Assembly: GCA_001599295.1 (NCBI GenBank)
Contig: BCGN01000002.1
Location: forward strand, 496,001-560,000
Length of the DNA stretch: 64,000 nt
Direction: 5' to 3'
Origin: Sporopachydermia quercuum
Taxonomy: Eukaryota
The position numbers and the translations under genes were made by a program. The notes beneath the pieces are model-generated. The model saw only the letters and a list, made by a program, of their open reading frames with translations, ran no database searches and had not been told where the DNA came from. This document shows, one piece after another, positions 13,420-23,720 of this stretch (position 1 is its first letter; each line of letters opens with the position of its first letter).

Positions 13420-14108
13420 ATGGGGGAAATTAAACAAGAATCTTGTGCATTTTGTTCTCAGNCTTCTAAGTATAAGTGCCCTAAATGCAATGCGAGATAG
13501 TATGTAATTATCCATTATCATAGCATTGCTTGATTTTCATGCTTTTACTGAATTCTTTCAATAAAAAAGTGTACTTTTTAACTGAAATGTACTATTGAGT
13601 GCAAACAGCTTGTTTTGGTTGTTCTGGTTATTCATATTATCCAATGCCTCCTATACTAACTTCATTACTCTCTAGTTGCTCCTTAGGATGCTACAAATCA
13701 CCTAATCATGTCCATAGCGAACCAACAGATTTAACCCCCCAGGAAGCTGGAAATAACGAATCAGCCGACATCATTTTACAGTCAGTTAATAGTATCCTAA
13801 ATACAACACAAGAGGATACAAGCATTGCACCAGAGAATAACAAATATGCGAAGCTCTTAGAAGATGATCAAATAAAGTATTTACTGAAATTCCCTAGTGT
13901 TCAGTTTCATTTGGCTACTATCTACAAATTTTTATCTGACAGTAAGATAACGAGCCAATCATCTTCTCTGGGTAGAAGAGAATTTGCAAAGAAGAAGTTA
14001 AACGAACTACGACTAGGAGGAAGCGAAGAGAATGAAGCAGTAGAAGAATTTGCTTGTAGAGTTTTAGATCTACTAGAGCAGACAGGTAAAGATAAAGACT
14101 TTGCTTGA
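13420..14108 (+). CDS. HIT1: zf-HIT protein, box C/D snoRNP assembly factor Hit1; exons 13420-13499 and 13676-14108
   Basis: Splicing (GTATGT at 13500, TACTAAC at 13654, TAG at 13673-13675) restores CAFC...KYKCPKCNAR-Y-CSLGCYKSPNH. C-terminus LRLGGSEENEAVEEFACRVL. Confidence 0.88.
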
Positions 14109-14151
14109 GTATACGAGTCAGGAACGGGAAACTGTATCAAAGCTATGCCAA

Positions 14152-16146
14152 TCATTTGGCATATTTTGATACATCACCTTTCCAGATAGGCTTCCTTTTC
14201 CCTTTCAACCCAGGTACTTTGATTCTGAATAAACAACCGGAGAAATCAGCTTCTCCACCTTCAGGACATCTGAATCCCTTTTCCATGTGATTTTCATGGC
14301 CAGTGGTAAAGAAAGCTTCATCTAAATCTTTTCCTGCTATTTCTGCACATGTAATAGGTCCCGGAGGTAACTGGAATTTCTCCAATACGTTACCATCGCG
14401 GGTTACTCTAATTGCTGAACCTGTTGAATAAACAGCTAGAATGAATTCGTCATTATCAGTAAGGACCAAACCGTCAGGACCAGCTAGATTATATGTTAGT
14501 TATTGAAGGGGAGAATAATAATCATATTTGATAATATTTGATTCCTAATAGATGTAACTCAAGTTGATGTGAAGTAATGTGTAATAAATTGATAACGCAA
14601 TGTTTTATGCTACTCTTTAATCCTTCACAGTGTTCCGTATCCAATATCTTGACCATAATTTAATACAATACGTACGGTCTGCATATTGAGAGAACAGTCT
14701 TGGTATATTGATGAATTCCCGTTTATTAGATAAATCTCCTTTAGAAGCATCATAATCATAGGCATAAACAATACCTGCAGCTGAGTCTACCATCAGCGCC
14801 GTTTTCTTGTCGCTGAACCAAGTAATGGTATTAGGAATTGGAATGTTCTTGATCTTTGTTGTTATTGTAAGATCATTCTCAAGACGATAATATTGACCTA
14901 TTTAAGAATAGTTAGTATATGATAAAAAAGAAGACGATGCATGTTGATGGTACAACCGCGTGTAACATGTTTTATAATGCTACAGCACAATTAGGAACCT
15001 TCAGATGAGCGTACTGAGATTATCCGCATATAGTTAGATTACGCCGATCTAATTGCTAACGAAATGATTTACTTAGATATTATTATTTTGTTTTGACAGT
15101 CATATCAACCCAGCGGNATAACTCAATGAATAAATGCGAATAGAAAACCCTCAACAGGCATTGATAACGATTCAAAATAGCTTTTAGCACACTGCAGTAG
15201 AAGCCCTATCTAATCGCTAACTAATAAACAAATTTCCTTCTATCAGATCTCTTAAATCAAATCATCAACTTGAATTATCATATTCTGCACTTACCACATG
15301 CAGTTGTTTCTTGTCCAAACCTAACAATTGTTAGAAAACTCATTCTATACCATAAAGAACGGAAAACATACAATTAGACGTAATCTGCCAAATTATGATC
15401 AATACTTACGTTCTCATAGTACCAACCCAAAAGTTGCCTGTAGGATCAATACCTCCGTCATTAGCTCTAATCTCGAGTTAGTTCCAATTCCATATTAGAA
15501 AGCTTTACGGTAAATTTAGGTTCTCTGGTATTAAATTCAAGTATGCCTTACTCAGACTGAAATGTCAGCATTGTCCCTTACCTCATATCACTTCAATTTG
15601 TTAGTAGACATCATCAAACATTTGTATTCACAGTCACCTCCGGTCTATTCTTCTTATTTAGACACTCTACTTACTTTGGATTTTCATCTGATTCAAACTT
15701 GGCAATATAATCAACATCAATAATCTTGTCTTTTTCCTCCCTCAAATCAATAATCCCGAAACCAAATTGAGCACCGGCAATGAATACACCAGGAATATCT
15801 GTCAGTGCTAATACGCCAATATGATCCTCTATGTTAAACACAGTATAACTGTCAGTCACACTCTTTTCTTCATCAGCAGCATAAACAGTATTGGATGTGT
15901 TGGGTAGTTTGATTCTTTGAACTTTTTTCTCAACAATATCAACCCAATATAAATGATTAGTTCTATAATCAAAAATTGGACCTTCTCCAAGCGTATTATT
16001 ACACCTGATCAGAGGCTACAACTTGTTAGTAGGTTTTCACTACGGAGGAAGAAGATTACAAGAAGTTTTGAATCCTGTCTGAGCTGCGTATTCACAAATA
16101 CCAATCATACCTTATCTTGCATTATTGTTTTGAAATGAGGTGTCAT
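14152..16146 (-). CDS. SMP-30/regucalcin/gluconolactonase-family protein; 7 exons: 16111-16146, 15675-16015, 15582-15590, 15410-15466, 15295-15320, 14676-14897, 14152-14483
   Basis: The spliced product has the family motifs LGEGP...LYWVDI, RANDGGIDPTGNFWVGTM, IPNTITW, PGPDGL and ITCAEIAGKDLD. All six introns are GT-AG with CTAAC branch points and consistent phases. Confidence 0.88.
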
Positions 16147-16898
16147 TTTGAAGGTGGTGGTAGAAATAGACCTACAGATGGTCCGAGTGATGGATTATTA
16201 GAAGAGAGGTTGGCTTTATAACGCTAGATTAGGCCAGAAGACGAGTTGATACTAGGAAAACAAATTCGCATCCATCTAAAAAATGAAAACAAATTCCTCA
16301 TGCAAAAACTTAACAATGAAATAAATGGAAACGTAAACGAGATAAAGAGATTGTTTATCGGAAAGATAGTTCAAGTGAGAGTAAGTGATAAATCGAAGGA
16401 AGAGATGAGAAAAAAGTCTAGAGAAAGGCTAATCGAAATGAGAATAAAGTTGGAAGTAAAGAGTAGAGTTTGACTAAGATAAGTTGCAATAATATGGCAC
16501 TAATAATTGCCCAAAGAAACAAGAACAAAGTTCAAAAACTGTAACTGCATTATAAAACCTTAACCTTATAACCGAACCTTATCTGTATCAACATAGAATG
16601 ATAAAGCCATTCAAATAATTCTATGACAGACTTGATGTTAATTCTGGCCTATTAGTGATGTATTTCACGTTAAATTCCCTCCAATGATCATTTCTGCATC
16701 TATCAAAGACTGTCTTCGAGCAGGAATGCTTTTTCAGCCTCCATATCACAACTATATGTATCTACTTGAGTATCCTACAGATAGTATATTACGTTACTTA
16801 CATACCATATTGCAAATTAGTATTTTTTCATATTATCCCTAGGAAAACAATCCAGTTTAGCCATTAATTAAAATAAATCAATCCAATCCAATCCAATG

Positions 16899-18368
16899 TC
16901 AATCAACCCCTAATGCAGAGTAGATAAGCTTATTCATGCCTTCATCTTCTCCATAGTATCCCAATAAGATATTCAACAAGCTCATCTGTGAATAAATTTT
17001 TATTGTTGTAGTGTATCTTTGTAAATTTATACTTATTCCACAGTTTTCATTAACTTTTAGGTTTCCAACTACTCCTTCTTTCCTATCCTGCTTACCGGCT
17101 TTACTAACATTCTCTTTTCCATCCCATGCATCCTCCATTATCTTGTGTATTGTGAAGCTTCTTGTTTTAATACTTTGACGTGTCTTCTGAACTGAGCTTG
17201 CTTTATTACTCGAAGCTGTTCTAAAAGCATTACCTCTAGTTTTGGGTATATTCAAACCTAAAAGATTTTCATTTTGTTTCAAAACTCTATTTTCATGTAC
17301 CAGCGAGGCGTTCTGTTTCTTCAATGATTCAATGTAAAACATATTGTCAAATATCTGTCTCTCCAAACTCTGAATTTCTTCCCTTAAATCGCTATTGCTA
17401 ACAGTATTTAATTCTAGAACTCCAAGTTCTTCAGCAAGTGTCTTTCCTTGATTGTTCAGTGAATCCACTGAGTCATTGAAGCTTTCACCAAGAACAGCAA
17501 AGGAATTCTCATTACTAGTTAATTCTCCCAAGGAAACTGAGCTAGAGTTTGCAAAGCTCTCTCTTGAAACTGAAGCACTTAGTCTTTCAATCTCATCTTG
17601 AAGAATGTTACTCAATGATACAGCTTCGTTAAGTTTGCTAANCAATACTCTATTCTTCTCTCTTTCAATCTTTACTGTTTCCTGAAGTTCTTTGATGTTT
17701 TGTTCCAAATAGTATTTTTCTACTGTAGCTTCTTTTATTAAATCATCAATATCATTTGGCTTCTTTCCTTGGGCATTCAGAATTCTTTCTAACTCATTGT
17801 TCAGTCTTATTATCTCCTGTTCCATATTGAATGCTTCTTCCCTTGATGTGATTCTCTCTTTATGTTCTTGCGACTCTTTTTCCCTTAATGAACAATTCAG
17901 CAGTTTCATTTGATCTTGCAAATCATCAATTTCTTTACTACTTGCTGCCAGCAATTGATCTTTCGTTACCAGGAAAGATTCAAGCGTTTGAAGCTCTTGT
18001 TGGGACAGCTCAAAACTTTTCTGCATTTTGATCAATTTTGACTCCAATTGTTTGTTTTCCAAATTCTTCTGATCTATCACATCTTTGAAAGTTTTCAAGT
18101 CTTCTTGGATCTGATCGACTGTGATAAAAGAAGCGCTGATCTGAGATTTGTCATGAAACTCATTGCCATTGCTCGAATTCGAATTCATTGAAGAGTTACT
18201 TGTTTTCCCCGATGATCCATTGCTTGACATAGAATCATCAGACACGCCCGACCATTCAGCATCAGAACTACTACAAACAAATAGCTTATCATTATCGTTT
18301 TGGTTCATAAAACAAAAACTTTTCTGAACTGAAATATGAGTATTTGGATGATTAACCGATTGATTCAT
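16899..18368 (-). CDS. Coiled-coil protein of unknown function (489 aa)
   Basis: Long ORF with a Ser-rich N-terminus and heptad-rich Glu/Leu/Lys segments; no family recognised. Confidence 0.7.
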   Translation of the reverse strand: MNQSVNHPNTHISVQKSFCFMNQNDNDKLFVCSSSDAEWSGVSDDSMSSNGSSGKTSNSSMNSNSSNGNEFHDKSQISASFITVDQIQEDLKTFKDVIDQKNLENKQLESKLIKMQKSFELSQQELQTLESFLVTKDQLLAASSKEIDDLQDQMKLLNCSLREKESQEHKERITSREEAFNMEQEIIRLNNELERILNAQGKKPNDIDDLIKEATVEKYYLEQNIKELQETVKIEREKNRVLXSKLNEAVSLSNILQDEIERLSASVSRESFANSSSVSLGELTSNENSFAVLGESFNDSVDSLNNQGKTLAEELGVLELNTVSNSDLREEIQSLERQIFDNMFYIESLKKQNASLVHENRVLKQNENLLGLNIPKTRGNAFRTASSNKASSVQKTRQSIKTRSFTIHKIMEDAWDGKENVSKAGKQDRKEGVVGNLKVNENCGISINLQRYTTTIKIYSQMSLLNILLGYYGEDEGMNKLIYSALGVD

Positions 18369-19137
18369 CTTGTAGATGAGTTACTTCATGGACTCACTGT
18401 TAACTGATGGATATCTTGTAAATTTGCGACTCACTGTCTCTATTTTCTTTTTTCTTTATTTAATTTTCAATGCGTATTTTCTTGCTGCTATCAGAACCAC
18501 TACTAGTAACTTCAATTGAATTTTGTAAATGTCCTGCTGAATGACATGGTCGTACCTCACTCACACCTTGGTACACTCTTTGCAATTCCAATCACTATCT
18601 TTTGTTTTCAGTAGCTAATATTTTCCACAATATTCCTTTTAAAACAACTATGTACAAACCAAGCTTCTGAAGATCAACTTTCCGCTTAACAAACGATGAT
18701 CATCGAACCAATCTTGAGCATTTATCATCGCTTCTCCATTTGTTTTATATCTCATAGTAAATGAAATTTGGATTTCTCGTATTGGATCTCAAAGGAGCAA
18801 GATGTTGATCATTTGCTTAAAAAAGACTATTTAAACCCAATATTGGACGGGTGTTCCAGGATACGTCTAAGAGGGGAGTGCGTGAGATAACACCTATTTC
18901 GCCTCCGCAGTCAGTGACTGAATATACACTATAATTACTGGTCAAACAAGAATATCTCAGTATGGAAACTTTCTCAACTTTATTTGTAACACATCGAAAA
19001 TGTGGGATTTTTTCATCAAACTGGAACTACAGTTGAGAATAGCAGTAGTTGGTTATATAAAGAGAACCATTTACAATTTAATATTAACAAGAGACCACTG
19101 TAATTAGGGGAAGTAATTGAATACCATCATAATAACA

Positions 19138-19345
19138 GTAAGTTTATATATATCCTAACAGTAAGTTTTGCTCGATTGAATTGATAGGGGAACAGGCATT
19201 CTGATCACATAGCATAGTCATAGATGATGATCGAAGTGCTGATGATCGAAGTTCAAAGTGACTGAGAAGCCCATTGAGTAATGCGTTTAATAGGGTGTAG
19301 TCGCAGGTAATTATTGATATAGTCCTATCTACTAACAACTATCAG
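19138..19345 (+). other. 5'-UTR intron of EGD2 (donor at 19138 or 19161)
   Basis: TATATAAA at 19054; GTAAGT at 19138 and 19161; TACTAAC at 19330; CAG at 19343-19345, 10 nt before the ATG. Confidence 0.75.
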
Positions 19346-19355
19346 AACAATCAAA

Positions 19356-19970
19356 ATGTCTGTCGAAGAAGTTCAAAAGGTCGAAGAAATTGTCGAGGAA
19401 ACTCCTGCCGAAACAGTTGAAGAAACTGAAGAAGCTGAAGCTGAACTTGAAGAAGGAATTGAAGCTGGTGCCGGTGTCACAATTCACTCCAGAAATGAAA
19501 GAAAGGCCAGAAAGCTGATCGCCAAGTTAAACTTGAAGAAGGTTGACGGTATCTCTAGAGTTACTTTTGTTAACTCCAGACAAATTGTCTTTGCTATCAC
19601 CAACCCTGATGTTTACAAGACTCCTTCGGGATCATATGTCGTCTTTGGTGATGCCAAGGCCGAAAACTTGAATGCCAGAGCTCAAGCTGCTCAAAGAATG
19701 GCTGCTCAAGCCAGAACTGCTGGTGCCGCTGGTGCCCTTGGTGAAGAAGACAAGAGCCCTGAATCCATCACTGCTGATCTCCAAAATGCTTCTATTCAAG
19801 ATGCTACTCCAGCTGAGGAAGAAGAAGAAGGTGAAGTTGATGCTACTGGATTAGAAGAAGACGATATCAAGTTGGTCATTGAACAAGCCAGTGTTTCCAG
19901 AGCAAAGGCTGTTGCCGCTCTTAAGAAGAACAATGGTGATTTGGTCAATGCCATTATGGAACTCTCTTAG
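19356..19970 (+). CDS. EGD2: Nascent polypeptide-associated complex alpha subunit
   Basis: SRNERKARK...GISRVTF...YVVFGDAK (NAC domain) and C-terminal UBA (DIKLVIEQASVSRAKAVAALKKNNGDLVNAIMEL); strong codon bias. Confidence 0.96.
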   Translation: MSVEEVQKVEEIVEETPAETVEETEEAEAELEEGIEAGAGVTIHSRNERKARKLIAKLNLKKVDGISRVTFVNSRQIVFAITNPDVYKTPSGSYVVFGDAKAENLNARAQAAQRMAAQARTAGAAGALGEEDKSPESITADLQNASIQDATPAEEEEEGEVDATGLEEDDIKLVIEQASVSRAKAVAALKKNNGDLVNAIMELS

Positions 19971-20148
19971 GAATACCAAGCGGAGGATTATAATATTATA
20001 ATGTGAAAGTTTATCGGTAAGTGTGTAATATAGCATTAGTTACGGGTAAATTACGAATTTCCTTATGATACAAATTTACGATATATATGCTCTGTAGAAT
20101 AGATTAATAATGTGTTTATGTACCAGAGGTATGCAAGTTGAGATGTAT

Positions 20149-21201
20149 TTATTCAGTAGAGATTTCTAGACTCTGTCTCTGCCGTAAAGTCTTATCGGCA
20201 GAGTCCTCTTTTGATGATAAAGACGATGATACTGTACCTTGGCTGATGCTTGGTAGCTCTATTATCGATACTTCTTGCTCTGTGTCGGTAACGGGACTGG
20301 AATAACCCTCGCGACTAGGCTTAGGACTAACTTCCTCAGGGTTAGATATGTCAGGTGTGATATTTGTATTGGTATCATATAGGGGATTTGCAAGTTCATT
20401 ACTGGTACTTTCTTCTATATCNTCCCTGTTTGTTTCACCTTGAATTCCATTACTTTCATTCGCATTGATATTTAAAAATCCACAATTGGGGCACACATAT
20501 TTTACACTACTTGGAACCTGTCCTGGTGGAGCTAGACCATTATGTGTAAAACACTTAGCACATATCAATGCATATTGTTCTTTACCTGATGGTTCTTCTC
20601 CTAGTATTAAATCAAAAATTCGATCAGTCCAAGTTCGTTGGTAACCACTAAGGTTGAATCCACCCTCAGGGTAGTAAACATTACCATTTTGACCCATCAT
20701 GACTGGATCTAGAGCCATATTCATATTCAATGGTTCGCCGTGAGAATTGATAGCTTCCTCCATTGTCATCGACGGTTTTTCACCAAACCTATCTAGAAGA
20801 GATTTTGTTGATTCAAAGTTTGTAGCTTTCTTCACTTCTTCTATTATTTCTTCTCCAGCTAATTGCAAACTTTGAAGCTTGTCTTCGTTCCAAGTTGTGA
20901 CCTGTCCATAGTAGAGATCAATTATTTTGATTAGGATCCATAAACAAACAGGTACACCGAAAATAATGCCTATATCCTTATAATTCATTTGCTTAAATGA
21001 TTTTGCAGAGAACTTATAGCCACTGACTAAAAGAGTTCCTAAAATTCCATATATAATCAACCTCCTTTTGAATTTCCTGCGCATGTATTTCATTTTTAGT
21101 ATTCTTCTTTCAGTTTTCTCAATTTTCTCTGAAAGATCAACAAGTTTTTTTTCATAGCCTTGGAGGCCTTGTTTCCTCCAAGTGAAATTCCACCAACCCA
21201 T
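20149..21201 (-). CDS. LNP1: Lunapark, ER three-way junction protein
   Basis: N-terminal MG (myristoylation) and coiled coil, two TM segments, WTDRIFDLILGE, and zinc finger ALICAKCFTHNGLAPP...YVCPNCGFLN. Confidence 0.92.
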   Translation of the reverse strand: MGWWNFTWRKQGLQGYEKKLVDLSEKIEKTERRILKMKYMRRKFKRRLIIYGILGTLLVSGYKFSAKSFKQMNYKDIGIIFGVPVCLWILIKIIDLYYGQVTTWNEDKLQSLQLAGEEIIEEVKKATNFESTKSLLDRFGEKPSMTMEEAINSHGEPLNMNMALDPVMMGQNGNVYYPEGGFNLSGYQRTWTDRIFDLILGEEPSGKEQYALICAKCFTHNGLAPPGQVPSSVKYVCPNCGFLNINANESNGIQGETNRXDIEESTSNELANPLYDTNTNITPDISNPEEVSPKPSREGYSSPVTDTEQEVSIIELPSISQGTVSSSLSSKEDSADKTLRQRQSLEISTE

Positions 21202-22112
21202 TTCTTATGGATATTTAGTATAGATGAATGAGTATAGACCTGAAAAGCAATGTTTCAAAGTATTTTTCAATTAATAAAAAAAAGTTGATGATCAATCGGT
21301 TGGTTAAGCTTTAACAAGTATATAATATGTATGGTGTTTGTAATTGAGAAGATGTCAAAGTGAGTCAGAATAAAGCTATTAAAGAACGTCTTAAATACAA
21401 GTAGCGCCAGAAGTAACTTGAACTAGTTCCTTATATCAAAATTCCTCCAGATTTGAATACAAAGATTGTTCATGGAAGAAATAAATAAAGCATTTCTTAT
21501 TTCAAATCTGTTGATGCTGTCAAAATTCAACTGCAAGTCATGTTGATTTATCTGTTTTAAACATATGGCGTCATAGTGAGACCTTATGTTATTTGTGATT
21601 CGATCGTGATTAGATAAAGGCTTATTTAAGTATCACAAGAACAATTTTGGAAGAGTGTTAGGGGGGTTGTGTGAAGACTGAAACTGAAAGGAATTGAGAG
21701 TGCACGGTTAAAGATAAATGATAGCCACTGATATTAATGATATTAGGTGACGAAAGGTAATCAGGAAAATAAACCCCGAAAAAGTGTAATAGAAAACTGT
21801 CTTTAAAAGCTGGCTGACTTTTGCGAGATAAAATCTAACTTGGCAGCTATCGCAAGCTCGGTTTACATTCTCTCCTATCAGTTGTCTAAACCTTTAATCA
21901 ACTCTTTGATCTACACACTCAAGATTAGCAAGATTAGTAAACAGCTAGAGGTAAGGGCAAAACCTGGCTTACTAAACAATATAATAGGTGAGAGAAGTTT
22001 TCAAAACCTCTTTATAATCTATTCTCAGAACATCACAAGCTATTCAATTGTCACTAATTCTTATCCCAATAATTGAAAAGTTTAGTTTAGAGTATTCTTC
22101 ATAATGTTTGTT

Positions 22113-22395
22113 CCTGAATAGGCAACTAAAACTTCTGTTTATGACATTTTGAAACCTTCAATCAATCCTCTTTCAATTTGACACATATTCAATTATTAAG
22201 CATTCACCTTCTGTGAATCTCCGACTTACGATATCAACAATAAAATAAAAACACAGTTATGATTTAACTTGATACTTGAGAATTAATATTCGTATCAGAA
22301 AATCACCGAATAGAAACGCTGAAAGTGCTGAATTCCACTAGCAATGTTTAACTTTCCCTAGCCACTCTAATTTATGGTTCACATTCCTTAAATGG
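22113..22395. promoter_or_regulatory. Two Mcm1/CArG-like boxes upstream of the alpha-pheromone gene
   Basis: CCTGAATAGG at 22113-22122 and CCTTAAATGG at 22386-22395; TATATAAA at 22815. Confidence 0.35.
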
Positions 22396-22983
22396 TCAAA
22401 GTTTATTTAACATCTCATCTTTAACAAAGTAATAAATACTTCCCTTTCTGCTCTTAGAAAAATCACTAATTGAGATCTGAGACAGATTACCTAGTGTGTG
22501 TTCAACGGCATTGGAGATCATTCCATAAGTCAGATTTTATCCGTTGGTTACAGGTATGTTTCCATCATATGGAGTATTCAAGGAAATTGCTATATAATTC
22601 TTTGAATGAATAATTATTAGTTGATTTAAAAGTGGCAGTGAAATCAATATTTTCCATTATTAGACGAAAACCTTCTTTACTTAGATCTAGTAAAGCTGTT
22701 TCAACAAGTAGCGAGAACACCAGATTGGTTAATTTAATAACTAATTGCAAAATTAAATTGAAAATATGGAGATCTGAGTGTGATATTATTCTCCTAAACC
22801 ACATCTTGAAATGCTATATAAAGAGCTGTAAATCTCCAAGGAATTCAACGTTTATTTCTACGGAGAACTTGAATCGTTATTTCTCATCTTTCTATTTTCA
22901 TCATCAAGGAATTCAAATAAAGTAAGCAGTCAATCTAGAACCAGAATAACTCTTCAAACTTTTTCACGCTTTTATCAATCAAA

Positions 22984-23325
22984 ATGCAGTTCAATAAAAT
23001 CACTCTTTTGGCAATTCTTTATGCCCTTACTGCTAGTACTGCTGCTGCTCCTACTCCTAATACTACTGAAGTTACCAAGAACTTGACTGATTCCGACTAT
23101 AATCTTCCACCTGGAGCAGTTTCATATGTTCTTGAATTTGATGAAGAAGAAGTCCCATTTATTTATTTTGATGAAGACGATGTTCCATCCATTGTTATTG
23201 TCAACTCTACTATTTTGGAGCATTATGAAGAAGCCGGTGAAGGCGGATCTGAATTGAAGAAGAGAGAAGCAGAAGCTGAATCTTGGAGAGGCCAACACTA
23301 TAGATGGGGACAACCTCTCTACTGA
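22984..23325 (+). CDS. MFalpha: Mating pheromone alpha-factor precursor with a single peptide repeat
   Basis: Signal peptide, pro-region with three N-X-T sites (NTT, NLT, NST; IVNSTI resembles S. cerevisiae FINTTI), Kex2 site KR, EAEA spacer, then ES-WRGQHYRWGQPLY (compare WHWLQLKPGQPMY). Confidence 0.9.
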   Translation: MQFNKITLLAILYALTASTAAAPTPNTTEVTKNLTDSDYNLPPGAVSYVLEFDEEEVPFIYFDEDDVPSIVIVNSTILEHYEEAGEGGSELKKREAEAESWRGQHYRWGQPLY

Positions 23326-23720
23326 AACGAGTTTGGAAAAAGATTTATCGTTTTAGATCGCATCTACATTGATATTTGGCATCTACTGATCACCTCTTGT
23401 ACTCAGAGGCTATAAGATCAGTTTCTTTTATTTCTTCTTTCTATCATAGGTATATCTGCAGATACCTTTTCAGTTATTATTTTTTAGAGCAGTTTGAGTA
23501 GTAATCAATCTAACGTTGAATAAATATGTTTGATTTCAACAATTCCCAAAAGTAATTAAATAAAGTAATTTATAGGAATGATATAATATTGTTCTGGAAG
23601 GAAGAACTTTTTTTACTTTGAGTTTAGTCCAATGCCATNCATTCTTGATGTTCAATTAAGGTTCCAAAAATCACTGAACTCTATTGGAAGTTAATACAAA
23701 CCTTAGAATTATATATAACT

